Shown: positions 45,276-55,782 of the stretch, one piece after another
How the letters are laid out: every line of letters begins with the position of its first letter
Numbering within the stretch: the stretch's first letter is position 1
Source: an uncultured Vampirovibrio sp.
Lineage (GTDB): Bacteria; Cyanobacteriota; Vampirovibrionia; Gastranaerophilales; Gastranaerophilaceae
Assembly (NCBI GenBank): GCA_910579975.1
Contig: CAJTWU010000003.1
Location: 30,010 to 94,009, forward strand
Reading direction: 5' to 3'
DNA length: 64,000 bases
Notes under the pieces: model-generated
Database searches by the model: none
Seen by the model: the letters and a program-made list of their open reading frames with translations, nothing else
What the model was told of the DNA's origin: nothing
Made by a program: the position numbers and the translations under genes

Positions 45276-45605
45276 ATGTTATCAAATGAAGATTTTAAAC
45301 TATATCAGGAAATATTTGCAAATCATACAAAACAACAGAATAACAATCCTGAAATCGAAAATTATATAAAGAAACAACTTGAATTTTTCTTATATTCTGA
45401 ATTAAAAAAATACATTCAAGAAATCAATTACTCATGCTCTATTGAGCTTAGTGAAGGAACAACAGCCAAAGTTTCAACAGCAAATGGAATAATTAATATT
45501 GTAGTAAAGAAACAAAACGGCGAAGTTTTCAATGGAGTTTGGAGCAATTTACCATATAATAAAATTCTTGAAATGGCACCAATGATAGTTAACAATCAAA
45601 AATAG
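45276..45605 (+). CDS. hypothetical small protein (109 aa)
   Basis: AAAGGAGA RBS. Second gene of the cassette and followed by a strong terminator. Confidence 0.6.
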   Translation: MLSNEDFKLYQEIFANHTKQQNNNPEIENYIKKQLEFFLYSELKKYIQEINYSCSIELSEGTTAKVSTANGIINIVVKKQNGEVFNGVWSNLPYNKILEMAPMIVNNQK

Positions 45606-45633
45606 CTCTTATAAGAGAGCTAAGCCCCCTAAC

Positions 45634-45681
45634 AAAACTTTCGGCATTACCTGTAGAATAAACGGTAATGCCGAAAGTTTT
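45634..45681. terminator. long hairpin terminator between convergent genes
   Basis: 18-bp stem AAAACTTTCGGCATTACC/GGTAATGCCGAAAGTTTT. Confidence 0.75.
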
Positions 45682-45698
45682 GACTAAAAGCTAAAAAA

Positions 45699-48182
45699 TT
45701 AAGCTCTTACAAGCGCTCTATTAAACTGTTGTTTATAATAATCCATATTGATATTCAAATCTTCACCAATCTGGAAGAGCATTGTAACCAGCTCTCTATC
45801 AGCAGCACACGACATACTCTGAATTAACTCTTCAATATTTGCAATAACCTTAGTGAAGAAATAATTTTGAGCTTCGGCTATATCAATTTTTAGTTCAAGT
45901 TTTCCAATGCAATCCAGTATTTCCAGTGTTGCATCAACCTGCTGAATATCAAGAGCATAAGCTAATCTGCTGATATTTTGTGCAATCTTTTTGCTGAAAA
46001 TTTTAGCAGTCGGAGCCTTATCTATATCAATACCAATACGTTTTGCTTCAAACAGAATATCAGATGCTTGCTGTAAGATATCTGAATTAAAGAACCCTTT
46101 GCCTGCAAACAATTCATTAAACTGTTTTGTTAAAACATACTGAGCTGAAATCTTAAACTCGCGAGGTATTTCCAAACCAAGAGTCTGCATTTGATAAATT
46201 GAACCTTTGCCTTCGTTGTACATAGACTCATATGTATTAGCAAAGTTCTGCAATTTACCCTTAAGCATAGTTTCAAGTATCTTACGTCTTTCTTCAATAA
46301 ATATATCTTTAAGCGTAAAGTATTCTGTTCCAAAATAATTATCAATTGTTCTGATTATCTCTGTTAAAGGTGATACAAGATAAGTTCTTATAAGCTCTTT
46401 TCTAGTCTCCATAAAGTTATCAGAATATTCTTTAATAGCACAATGGAAATCTCCGCCGGAGAATTGAAGCAGAGCAAATACCATATTTGATTTTTCCAAA
46501 GTTACTTTAGAAGTTACTTCAATGTGTCCGATAACTAACTGGGAGTTTCCCTTAACAACTCTTTTATAAGACTGTTTTTTTATTTTGTAGCAGTAAACAC
46601 TTTCTTCATCTTCAATTTCTGTATATAAAGATGAAATAGCCCATAAACTTACAATCTGTTTAGATGTTACTACAGATGGTTTAACGAAACGCTCATAAAC
46701 ATCTTTTCCTGTGCCAAATTCTGGTAAATTACTTTTTGCTTCAGCCAAGATTTCCAAAAATTTCTGTTCGTAATCTTTTTTAACAAAGTTTTTAGCAAGC
46801 TGCATAACTCTAGCCGCGTATTTCATAATCTGAACGGTTTCAATACCGGAAATTTCGGAGAAAAACCAACCGCAGCTTGTATACATTAGCATAGCTTGCC
46901 TTTGAATTTCTAAAAGTTCCATTGCACAAACTTTTTGATTATCATCTAAGCCTTCAACTAAATGCTCATCTTGAAAAGTTTTTACATTGGAGTCACTTCT
47001 ATCAAGAATTACCGAAATATAGCCATTTCTTGCCTCTTCTGGATTTAAGAAATACTTCTTTCCAAATTTTTTATACAAAGCACACATTTCATCTCTAAGA
47101 TAATCAAGTGCTTCTCTTAAAGGCTTTCTCCATTTCTGGTTCCAGCCCGGATGTCCTCCTGTAGAGCAGCCGCAATCATCACTCCATCTTCCAACACCGT
47201 GGAAACAGCTCCATGATGAAACAGGTTTTATATCAACCTCCCAATTACTTCTATATTTCTCCAAATATTCTGCATAGTTAGTAATAATAAAACCGGCATC
47301 TTTGACTTTTAGTTTCAAAGCGTAAGCTAAAGCCATATCACCAAATTTAGTATGATGACCGTAACTTTCGCCATCAGTCGCAATATGAACTAATTGAGGG
47401 TAATTCCTTTGAGCAGAAATACCATCTTTCAATCTGTTTACAAATTTATTACCATCTTTAAGCAGTTCTTCAAACGCAACAGCACGAGAAATTGCACCGT
47501 CATAGAAGAACAAATCAATATACTTTCCAGGTGCAGATTTAATATAATATCTATAAGAGCGGGCAGGATCGATATTACCCCAGCTTACATCTTGCCAGTT
47601 TTCTTCTCCTTCTTTTCTGATACCATATGCTTGGAACGGAGAAAGAACAGTAAACTTAATACCATTTTCTACAAGAACACGAAGAGTATCATCATCTACT
47701 GCAGTTTCTGCAAGCCATATACCTTCTGGCTCTCTACCAAAACGGTATTCAAAATCTTTGATACCCCATTTTACTTGTGTTTGTTTATCTCTTTCATTAG
47801 CTAAAGGCATAATCATGTGATTATAAACTTGAGCCATTGCGTTTCCATGCCCGCCATGCATTTTTCTGCTTGCAATATCTGCTTTAATAATACGTTCATA
47901 AGCCATTGGAGCAAATTCTTCCATCCAGCTTAATAAAGTCGGACCAAAGTTATAGCTCATATACTCATAGTTATTAACCATATCCAATATCTGGTTTTTA
48001 GAATCGACTATTTTGGATATTGAATTTGGATTATAACATTCACTATTAATTCTTTCATTCCAATCATGGAAAGGCAGCGCGCTATCTTGCTGCTCTATAG
48101 CTTCCAGCCATGGATTTTCTCTTGGTGGTTGATAAAAATGACCATGGACAGTTAAAAACACTTTATTTTCAGTTGTTTCCAT
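45699..48182 (-). CDS. glycoside hydrolase family 57 protein (alpha-glucan-active) with C-terminal DUF3536-like region
   Basis: N-terminal HGHFYQPPRENPW, then ...WLAETAV... and ATDGESYGHH, which are typical of GH57. 827 aa. Confidence 0.85.
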   Translation of the reverse strand: METTENKVFLTVHGHFYQPPRENPWLEAIEQQDSALPFHDWNERINSECYNPNSISKIVDSKNQILDMVNNYEYMSYNFGPTLLSWMEEFAPMAYERIIKADIASRKMHGGHGNAMAQVYNHMIMPLANERDKQTQVKWGIKDFEYRFGREPEGIWLAETAVDDDTLRVLVENGIKFTVLSPFQAYGIRKEGEENWQDVSWGNIDPARSYRYYIKSAPGKYIDLFFYDGAISRAVAFEELLKDGNKFVNRLKDGISAQRNYPQLVHIATDGESYGHHTKFGDMALAYALKLKVKDAGFIITNYAEYLEKYRSNWEVDIKPVSSWSCFHGVGRWSDDCGCSTGGHPGWNQKWRKPLREALDYLRDEMCALYKKFGKKYFLNPEEARNGYISVILDRSDSNVKTFQDEHLVEGLDDNQKVCAMELLEIQRQAMLMYTSCGWFFSEISGIETVQIMKYAARVMQLAKNFVKKDYEQKFLEILAEAKSNLPEFGTGKDVYERFVKPSVVTSKQIVSLWAISSLYTEIEDEESVYCYKIKKQSYKRVVKGNSQLVIGHIEVTSKVTLEKSNMVFALLQFSGGDFHCAIKEYSDNFMETRKELIRTYLVSPLTEIIRTIDNYFGTEYFTLKDIFIEERRKILETMLKGKLQNFANTYESMYNEGKGSIYQMQTLGLEIPREFKISAQYVLTKQFNELFAGKGFFNSDILQQASDILFEAKRIGIDIDKAPTAKIFSKKIAQNISRLAYALDIQQVDATLEILDCIGKLELKIDIAEAQNYFFTKVIANIEELIQSMSCAADRELVTMLFQIGEDLNINMDYYKQQFNRALVRA

Positions 48183-48186
48183 CTAA

Positions 48187-48666
48187 TTACTTAACTCCGT
48201 CTTTTTCAGGTGCCTTTTTCAATAAAACAAGTTTACTAACATCAACCCAGGCATCTCCTAATGCATCAGAAAAAACTTTACCTGTAATTGATATTTCATC
48301 ATTAGTTTTTAAGTCAATAAATTTTTCAGCTTCTTCACGCTTTATAAACAATTTCATCTCTGATAATGGAACATCATACATTGTATCATCTCTTTTGACA
48401 AGAAAAGAAATATAATCATCAGAAGACTTGAATGCCGGTTTATAATCCAAACCTAAAGTTGAAAACTTGTCAAACTTGGCATTCATCACAACTGTTTGAT
48501 TTAGATATGCTTTTGGATTATTCACAATCGCAAGCGGTGAAGCTGATTGACATTGTTCAACGGTAGCTGCAACAGGCGCAGCCTGTACTTGTTCTATATA
48601 AACATTACTGGTTGTAAGCGCTAAAGTACAAAATGCTAATAAAAATATATATCTTACTCTTTTCAT
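48187..48666 (-). CDS. hypothetical secreted protein (159 aa)
   Basis: ATG 48666 after GAAGAGG. Signal peptide MKRVRYIFLLAFCTLALTTS. The ORF extends to 48723. Confidence 0.6.
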   Translation of the reverse strand: MKRVRYIFLLAFCTLALTTSNVYIEQVQAAPVAATVEQCQSASPLAIVNNPKAYLNQTVVMNAKFDKFSTLGLDYKPAFKSSDDYISFLVKRDDTMYDVPLSEMKLFIKREEAEKFIDLKTNDEISITGKVFSDALGDAWVDVSKLVLLKKAPEKDGVK

Positions 48667-48712
48667 AATATAACCTCTTCTATATTTACCATTGTAACAT
48701 GAATTTATCAAT

Positions 48713-48741
48713 TTGATAATCATTTAGGTTTCTGATATATT
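48713..48741 (+). promoter_or_regulatory. sigma-70-type promoter TTGATA-N17-TATATT, predicted leaderless transcript
   Basis: The -10 ends 7 nt before ATG 48749. I see no Shine-Dalgarno sequence upstream of that ATG. Confidence 0.4.
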
Positions 48742-48748
48742 ATAAAAT

Positions 48749-49387
48749 ATGAAAGACATTGAGACAATAAACAAGGAGAGGGAAGGTCGGATTAATCTTT
48801 CCCGATATAAAGATTTAATCGAAACTATATCCAAAGTTGAGTACAAAAAGTTCTCAAACCTTGGCTTGATTGACCTTTCTGAAGTTATAAATCTTGCTAC
48901 ATATACAGTCTATTACCTTGTTAACAACACCAAAAATGAAGAAGTTTATAATGAAGCATATATAGTTAAAGCTATTAAATGGGCAATAAGAAATGAAATG
49001 CGCCGTCGTTATAAATGGTACACAATGAAAAACAGTGACAATGTCGACCAAGAAAAAGTGAAAGATGCTGTTTATAAAACAATTCTTTCTATTGACGAAA
49101 TGGCTGATGCCGAAAACCCTACATTAATCAAAGATAATGACAGAACTCCGGAGGAAAAAGCAGAGCTTCTTGAATTAAAAAACCGAATTAAAGAAGTTAT
49201 GAAAAAACTCCCTCAACGAGAACAGGATTTGATTGAAGCTAAATATTTTTATGATAAAAAACTCAAAGAAATAGCAGAAGAATTTAATATTTCACAATCA
49301 AGAATATCAAGAATTATACAAAACGGCTTAGAAAAAATTAAAAAAGAACTATTGAAACAGGAAGATTTGAATGAAAACAATATTTGA
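48749..49387 (+). CDS. group-3 sigma-70-family sigma factor (FliA/SigD/WhiG-like)
   Basis: Region 2 is [20 protein letters not shown] (compare FliA ...LDELRSRDW). Region 4 HTH is [30 protein letters not shown]. 212 aa with no region 1. Confidence 0.75.
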   Translation: MKDIETINKEREGRINLSRYKDLIETISKVEYKKFSNLGLIDLSEVINLATYTVYYLVNNTKNEEVYNEAYIVKAIKWAIRNEMRRRYKWYTMKNSDNVDQEKVKDAVYKTILSIDEMADAENPTLIKDNDRTPEEKAELLELKNRIKEVMKKLPQREQDLIEAKYFYDKKLKEIAEEFNISQSRISRIIQNGLEKIKKELLKQEDLNENNI

Positions 49388-50792
49388 GAAAACATCAGGT
49401 GTTGAAGGTGTTAGTTTTGGGGAGTGTAAGTTAGGGGATTTTTTGCCAAAAGAACTATTGAGAAAAGAACCGATTGGGCTTCCTCAACTTAGTGAATTAG
49501 ATGTTCTTAGACATTACAAAGAATTGTCTGATAGAAACTTTTGTATAGAAAAAGGATTTTATCCTTTAGGTTCTTGTACAATGAAATATAACCCTAAAGT
49601 TAACGAACTTTTAGCTTCATTAGAAGGCTTTGCAAATCTTCATCCTATGCAGTCTGATGAAGACTCTCAAGGCGCATTGGAATTAATGTACAATCTTCAA
49701 GAAAAACTCAAATATATAACAGGCATGGATGCTGTTTCTCTTCAACCGGCTGCGGGTGCTCATGGGGAACTAACAGGCATGATGGTTATTAAAAAGTATT
49801 TTGAAGTCAAAGGCGAAACCAATCGTACAAAAGTTATTATTCCTGACTCTGCTCATGGCACAAACCCGGCAAGTGCTAAGATGTGCGGATTTGAGATTGT
49901 AGAAGTTAAATCAAACGAAAAAGGTCAGGTTGATATTGAAGCACTAAAATCATTACTTGATGAAAATGTTGCAGCAATTATGATGACCAACCCTAATACT
50001 CTGGGTATTTTTGAAGAAAAAGTTTTGGAAATCTCAAAATTAATGCACGATAACGGCTCACTTCTTTATTATGACGGAGCTAACTTTAACGCAATAATGG
50101 GTTGGACAAATCCTAAATTAATGGGATTTGATGTTGTACATTTGAACTTACATAAAACATTTGCAACCCCTCACGGAGGCGGAGGTCCCGGAGCGGGTCC
50201 TATCGGAGTTGTTGAACAACTAAAAGATTATTTACCGACACCTGTTATTGTAAAAGACGGGGATAAATATAAAAGAGAATATAATATTCCTCATTCAATA
50301 GGTAAAGTTAGAAGTTTTTACGGCAACTTTGGAGTTTTAGTAAGAGCTTATGCTTATATTTTGATGATGGGCTCAAACTTAAAATTAGCAAGCGCTGACG
50401 CTGTTTTAAATGCTAATTATATTAAAGAAAAGCTAAAGGGTGCTTATGATTTACCTTATGATGAACCGTGCATGCATGAGTTTGTTTTATCAGGTGAAAA
50501 ACAACACCACCAAGGAGTTTCAACTCTTGGAATAGCAAAAAGATTAATGGACTCAAATTGCCATCCGCCAACGGTTTATTTCCCGCTCATTGTGCATGAA
50601 GCAATTATGATTGAACCTACAGAAACAGAATCTAAGGTTGTTTTGGATGAATTTATTGAGACTATGTTAAAAATAGCACGTGAGATTGAAGAAAATCCTG
50701 AAGAAGTTCTTAAATCACCACAAAAAACGCCTATTAAAAAGGTGGACGAAACTCTTGCTGCAAGACAGCCAAATTTGACATATAAGGGATAA
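49371..50792 (+). CDS. gcvPB: glycine dehydrogenase (aminomethyl-transferring) subunit 2
   Basis: GcvPB motifs ([15 protein letters not shown] with the PLP lysine). Confidence 0.93.
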   Translation: MKTIFEKTSGVEGVSFGECKLGDFLPKELLRKEPIGLPQLSELDVLRHYKELSDRNFCIEKGFYPLGSCTMKYNPKVNELLASLEGFANLHPMQSDEDSQGALELMYNLQEKLKYITGMDAVSLQPAAGAHGELTGMMVIKKYFEVKGETNRTKVIIPDSAHGTNPASAKMCGFEIVEVKSNEKGQVDIEALKSLLDENVAAIMMTNPNTLGIFEEKVLEISKLMHDNGSLLYYDGANFNAIMGWTNPKLMGFDVVHLNLHKTFATPHGGGGPGAGPIGVVEQLKDYLPTPVIVKDGDKYKREYNIPHSIGKVRSFYGNFGVLVRAYAYILMMGSNLKLASADAVLNANYIKEKLKGAYDLPYDEPCMHEFVLSGEKQHHQGVSTLGIAKRLMDSNCHPPTVYFPLIVHEAIMIEPTETESKVVLDEFIETMLKIAREIEENPEEVLKSPQKTPIKKVDETLAARQPNLTYKG

Positions 50793-50796
50793 AATA

Positions 50797-52119
50797 ATGA
50801 AAAAAGTTTATATAGAAACACTCGGATGTCAGATGAACAAATCCGATGCTGAAAGAATGTTTGGTATGCTTGAACATCTTGGCTATACTGAAACAACAGA
50901 ACCAAAAGAAGCTGATATGCTTATTATTAATACTTGCTCAATCAGACAATTATCAGAAGATAAAGCATATAGCGCAATCGGGGTTTGGGGAAAATGGAAG
51001 AAAACAAATCCTGATTTAAAAATAGTTTTTGCAGGCTGTGTTGCACAACAAGCGGGAAAAACTCTATTCCAGCGTGCACCTTATGTGGATTTGGTTTTAG
51101 GTACTCAAAGATTATATGAACTTCCAAACCTTGTTAAAAGAATTGAAGCCGGTGAAAGAGTTGTTTCTGTTGAAGAAACTCCTTATGAAGAATCCGATAT
51201 TAAAATCAACCGCGTAAAAAGTATCAACGCCTGGGTACCCATTATGGAAGGCTGTAACAACTTCTGTACATATTGTATCGTTCCTTATACCCGTGGTCGC
51301 GAACGTTCCAGAAAACCTGAATTAATTTTATCAGAAATCAAAAAAGCTCTTGCAGAAGGTTTTAAAGAAATTACTCTTTTAGGACAAAATGTTGACTCAT
51401 ACGGTAAAGACCTTGATGGTTGGAACCTTTCAAGATTACTAAGAGAAGTTAATGCGCTTGAAGGTAATTTCAGAATTAGATTTGTTACAAACTACCCGAC
51501 TGATATTACAGAAGAGTTGATTGACACAGTTATTGAACTTGATAAGGTTTGTGAGTATTTCCATATTCCAATGCAATCGGGAGATGATTACACACTTAAA
51601 AAAATGAACCGCAGATACGATTTTGCAACTTATAAAAAGATTTGCGATAACTTAAGAAACCGTATCTCGGATGTAACAATAACAAGCGACTTTATTGCCG
51701 GTTTCCCGGGTGAAACAGAAGAACAATTCCAAAATACTCTTAATGCAATGACCGAGCTGGAATTAGACTACTCAAATACTGCAGCATACTCACCTCGTGA
51801 AAGAACCGTTGCAGCAAAATGGGTAGACAAATATATTGATGAAGATGTTAAAACAGAACGACTTGCACGTTTAAATGAACACAACAGAGAATGTTGTTTA
51901 CATTCAAACAAAAAATATATTGGACGTGAAATGGAAGTTTTAATTGAAAAATTTGAAGGGGTAAATGAAGGAGCTCGCAAAGGTAAAAATGTTATTACAG
52001 GAAGAACCCGTAATAATAAAATCGTTCATATCCCTTATGACCAAGATATTACAGGCGAGTTTGTCAACGTAAAAATTACAAATGCACGCACCTGGTATCT
52101 GGATGGAGAAATGGTTTAA
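50797..52119 (+). CDS. miaB: tRNA-2-methylthio-N6-dimethylallyladenosine synthase
   Basis: UPF0004 domain (YIETLGCQMN), radical-SAM CNNFCTYC motif and a TRAM domain. Confidence 0.93.
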   Translation: MKKVYIETLGCQMNKSDAERMFGMLEHLGYTETTEPKEADMLIINTCSIRQLSEDKAYSAIGVWGKWKKTNPDLKIVFAGCVAQQAGKTLFQRAPYVDLVLGTQRLYELPNLVKRIEAGERVVSVEETPYEESDIKINRVKSINAWVPIMEGCNNFCTYCIVPYTRGRERSRKPELILSEIKKALAEGFKEITLLGQNVDSYGKDLDGWNLSRLLREVNALEGNFRIRFVTNYPTDITEELIDTVIELDKVCEYFHIPMQSGDDYTLKKMNRRYDFATYKKICDNLRNRISDVTITSDFIAGFPGETEEQFQNTLNAMTELELDYSNTAAYSPRERTVAAKWVDKYIDEDVKTERLARLNEHNRECCLHSNKKYIGREMEVLIEKFEGVNEGARKGKNVITGRTRNNKIVHIPYDQDITGEFVNVKITNARTWYLDGEMV

Positions 52120-53291
52120 TGACAATGAAGCGTTTCAGATTTTTAACATCAGGAGAAAGCCACGGTAAATGCCTAACAGCAATTATAGAAGGTGTCCCCG
52201 CAGGATTTCGTATCAAACCGGATATAATAAACAAAGACCTTGCAAGACGCCAAATAGGTTATGGCCGCGGCAACAGAATGAAAATTGAAACAGATACCGT
52301 GGAAATCAAATCAGGAATACGTTTTGGAAAAACAACAGGCGCCCCTATTTGTCTTGAAATTAAAAACAAAGACTATGAAAATTGGCAAGAGGCAATGGAT
52401 ACAAATGCTTATGACTATCCAACAGAAGAAATGCTAAAAAAAATCGAAGAAAAGTCTTTCACAAAAGCACGTCCAGGACACGCTGATTACGCGGGTTCTA
52501 TTAAATACAATTTATCAGACCTTCGTGATGTACTTGAACGCTCAAGTGCAAGAAAAACAGCAATCGAAGTCGCTATTGGTTCAATTGCAAAACAAATTTT
52601 AAGAGAGTTTGGTATAATGAGTTTTGCTCATGTTATCCAAATAGGAGATGTTAAGCTTGATTTTTACCCTAAAACATACACACTTATTAAAGAAAAAGCA
52701 GAAAAATCAAATATAATGTGTGCTGATGATTTGACCGCCGATAGAATGCGTACCGCAATTGATAAAGCAGCAGAAGAAGGTGATACCTTAGGCGGTAAAT
52801 TTGAAGTTATTTTTGGAAACCTTCCAATCGGACTGGGTTCTTACAATCACTGGGATAATATGCTTGATGGGCGTTTAGCGCAAGCTGTTATGAGTATTCC
52901 GGCTGTAAAAGCAGTTGAAATAGGAGCCGGCGTTGAAGCTGCACACCTAAAAGGCTCTCAAATGCACGACGAGATATTTATTGACAAATCAAAAACCGTT
53001 TATAGACAAACCAATAATGCAGGCGGCATAGAAGGTGGTATGACAAACGGCGAAGCTGTTGTTATTAAAGGAACAATGAAGCCAATTCCAACTATGCGCA
53101 AATCTCTTGCAACAATTGATTTAAAAAATATGACTCCGACAAATGCGCATTTTGAACGCTCCGACACTTGTGCCGTACCGGCTTGTGCTGTAGTTGCTGA
53201 AGCACGTGTTGCTATAATCTTAGTTGATGAACTTCTTACCAAAATCGGTGGTGACAGTTTAGTAGAAATGAAGGCTCATTATGGAGTCTAA
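52119..53291 (+). CDS. aroC: chorismate synthase
   Basis: FRFLTSGESHG and RPGHADY motifs. Confidence 0.95.
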   Translation: MTMKRFRFLTSGESHGKCLTAIIEGVPAGFRIKPDIINKDLARRQIGYGRGNRMKIETDTVEIKSGIRFGKTTGAPICLEIKNKDYENWQEAMDTNAYDYPTEEMLKKIEEKSFTKARPGHADYAGSIKYNLSDLRDVLERSSARKTAIEVAIGSIAKQILREFGIMSFAHVIQIGDVKLDFYPKTYTLIKEKAEKSNIMCADDLTADRMRTAIDKAAEEGDTLGGKFEVIFGNLPIGLGSYNHWDNMLDGRLAQAVMSIPAVKAVEIGAGVEAAHLKGSQMHDEIFIDKSKTVYRQTNNAGGIEGGMTNGEAVVIKGTMKPIPTMRKSLATIDLKNMTPTNAHFERSDTCAVPACAVVAEARVAIILVDELLTKIGGDSLVEMKAHYGV

Positions 53292-53805
53292 CATAGTACT
53301 TATAGGCATGCCTTCATGCGGTAAATCTACTATTGGTAAACTCTTAGCCGAAAAGCTTCCCAATTACACTCTTATTGACAGCGACTCTGTTATCGAAAAA
53401 ACTCAAGGGATGAAAATTGCTGAAATCTTTGAAAAATATTCAGAAGATTATTTTCGCAAACTTGAATATGACACAATAAAACTTATATGTTCCGGTAAAA
53501 ATAAAATTATTTCAGTTGGCGGCGGCTCCTTTGAAAATCCTGACTCAAGAGGTACACTCCTTAGATTTGGAAAGGTTATTTATTTGAAATCTGACCTTGA
53601 TGTATTATATTATAGAATATCAAGTGACACCTCACGTCCGCTTTTAAACAGCGAAAACCCGAGAAAAACACTGGAAAAACTCCTAAAAAAACGGGAAGAA
53701 AACTACAAAAAAGCTCATTTTACAATAGATACAACAGATAAAGACGAGAATGAGATTTTGAATTTAATCTTAGGAAGTATTGATGAAACAAGTTCTCAAT
53801 GTTGA
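53281..53805 (+). CDS. aroK: shikimate kinase
   Basis: P-loop GMPSCGKST and the GGG motif. 174 aa. Confidence 0.9.
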   Translation: MESNIVLIGMPSCGKSTIGKLLAEKLPNYTLIDSDSVIEKTQGMKIAEIFEKYSEDYFRKLEYDTIKLICSGKNKIISVGGGSFENPDSRGTLLRFGKVIYLKSDLDVLYYRISSDTSRPLLNSENPRKTLEKLLKKREENYKKAHFTIDTTDKDENEILNLILGSIDETSSQC

Positions 53806-54844
53806 GATAAAAAACTATAATATAACTATTACAGATGATGATTTCTCAAAAACAATGGAGGAATTAAATCTTCTCACAGCTTCACAAAAGCGCCTTTTTA
53901 TTGTATCAAATAAAGTTTTTAAGCTTTACTTTGACAAGCTTGGATTGAATAAAGAAGAAGTTCTTGTTCTCCCTGATGGAGAGAAAAATAAAAACTTTAA
54001 AAACTATATAAAAATTCTTGAAACAGCAGCACAAAAAGGTTTAACCAGAGAAGATGCAATTATTGCTATTGGAGGCGGAGTAATCGGTGATATCGCTGGG
54101 TTTGCAGCTTCTACATATATGCGGGGAATAGATTATATTCAAATCCCGACGACACTCTTATCTATGGTGGACTCTTCTGTTGGTGGTAAAACAGCTATTG
54201 ATATGAAGAATGCTAAAAATATTGTAGGAACATTCTATCAGCCAAAAGCAGTTTTAATTAATATTAATTTCTTAAAAACACTTAACAAACGTCAATTTAA
54301 ATCTGGTCTGGGTGAAATATTAAAATATGCTTTCATAGAAGAAAACTGTAATTACAAACAGCCGCTTTACTTGTTTGAATATTTAACTTTATGCTGTGAA
54401 AAACTTTTCTCTCAAGAGCCAATGACCATAATGAGAGTTATTGAATATTGCTTAAACCTTAAAATTGCAGTCGTCAATGAAGACGAAAAAGAAAGCGGAT
54501 TAAGAAAAATTCTCAATTTTGGACACACTTTAGGACACGCTCTTGAAGTAAGAGGTAAATACAGAATGTTCACTCATGGAGAAGCCATTGTACAAGGAAT
54601 GTTTTTTGTACTGAACTGGGCTAAAAAAGTTGAATTGATTTCATATTCCTACCATAGACTCGCAATTGAATTATTGAACAAATACGGCTTCAAAGAACAA
54701 AAATTTAAGATTTCTGAACTTATTGAAATTATGAAAAAGGATAAGAAAGCAATATCAGATAAAATAGTATTTCTTATTCCTTGTGATAAAAAGAAAGTAA
54801 AAGAAGTTAAATTCAGACCGGAAGAAATCTTAGAAATGTTTTAG
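53780..54844 (+). CDS. aroB: 3-dehydroquinate synthase
   Basis: GGGVIGDIAGFAASTYMRGI and HTLGHALE motifs. Confidence 0.93.
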   Translation: MMKQVLNVEIKNYNITITDDDFSKTMEELNLLTASQKRLFIVSNKVFKLYFDKLGLNKEEVLVLPDGEKNKNFKNYIKILETAAQKGLTREDAIIAIGGGVIGDIAGFAASTYMRGIDYIQIPTTLLSMVDSSVGGKTAIDMKNAKNIVGTFYQPKAVLININFLKTLNKRQFKSGLGEILKYAFIEENCNYKQPLYLFEYLTLCCEKLFSQEPMTIMRVIEYCLNLKIAVVNEDEKESGLRKILNFGHTLGHALEVRGKYRMFTHGEAIVQGMFFVLNWAKKVELISYSYHRLAIELLNKYGFKEQKFKISELIEIMKKDKKAISDKIVFLIPCDKKKVKEVKFRPEEILEMF

Positions 54845-55782
54845 TGGTAAATCTTTTCGCCCGCTTGAATTTCACGTTCTATAAAATCTCTTGTAAACGG
54901 CTTATCCCATTTTGAATAAAGCTTCAAGTTTGACATCTTTAAAATTTTGCCATCTCCGCATACAACTGCTATAGTTCTTGTTTTAGGACAAGTTTCAACT
55001 ACAGTACAAGGCTCTGTATAATAAGATTTATTCTCCTCTATGAAAGTTTTATGTACATCAGGTACAATAGGTATGGATTTATGATAAAACCAGGATTTAC
55101 CCCAGGGGTAAATCGCCCTAATTACAGCATGATTTTCTTCTGATGATTTATTAAAATCCAACTCCAACCCTTCAGGATGTGAATAGTAACTCGCTTTATC
55201 TTCTCTTTGCTGCAGCGGGATAATAATATCTTCAGATAAATCTTTCAACAATTCACAAGCAACTCCTCGAGCAGTCAAAACTGTTCTTTGTTTCAAACTT
55301 TTGCCTGTATCAGAAGGATAAATTTTAACTTCTTCTTGAGCAAGAATAGCGCCCGTATCATACCCGTCCGTCATAAGATGAAATGTTACTCCGCTCACAT
55401 CTTCCCGATTTTTTATATTCCAGAAATAAGGATTTGGACCTCTGTATTTTGGAAGCAGTGAAGGATGGGCATTAATTGTTGCGATTTTAGGGATATCATA
55501 TGTTGCTTTTTCAAACTTCTCACCCCAGGAACCCACAAGCATAATATCAGGATTTAATTTTAAAAGCTGTTTTCGAAACTCAGGAGTATTTACTCCTTTT
55601 GCTTTTATTTCGTGTAAATTATAGCTTTTAATATAATTATATTCTAAAGAAGGATTAAAAATATCTTTTAAAAAATGCCTGCCCTTTCTCAGCACACCTA
55701 CAATTTCACAATTTGCATCAAGCGTTGCTGCAATAAGATTTAAAAACATTTCACCATATCCAACAATTACAACTTTAAGCAT
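54841..55782 (-). CDS. formyltransferase-family protein (Fmt/ArnA N-domain-like)
   Basis: INAHPSLLPKYRGPNP motif and a catalytic Asp context. 313 aa. Confidence 0.75.
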   Translation of the reverse strand: MLKVVIVGYGEMFLNLIAATLDANCEIVGVLRKGRHFLKDIFNPSLEYNYIKSYNLHEIKAKGVNTPEFRKQLLKLNPDIMLVGSWGEKFEKATYDIPKIATINAHPSLLPKYRGPNPYFWNIKNREDVSGVTFHLMTDGYDTGAILAQEEVKIYPSDTGKSLKQRTVLTARGVACELLKDLSEDIIIPLQQREDKASYYSHPEGLELDFNKSSEENHAVIRAIYPWGKSWFYHKSIPIVPDVHKTFIEENKSYYTEPCTVVETCPKTRTIAVVCGDGKILKMSNLKLYSKWDKPFTRDFIEREIQAGEKIYH

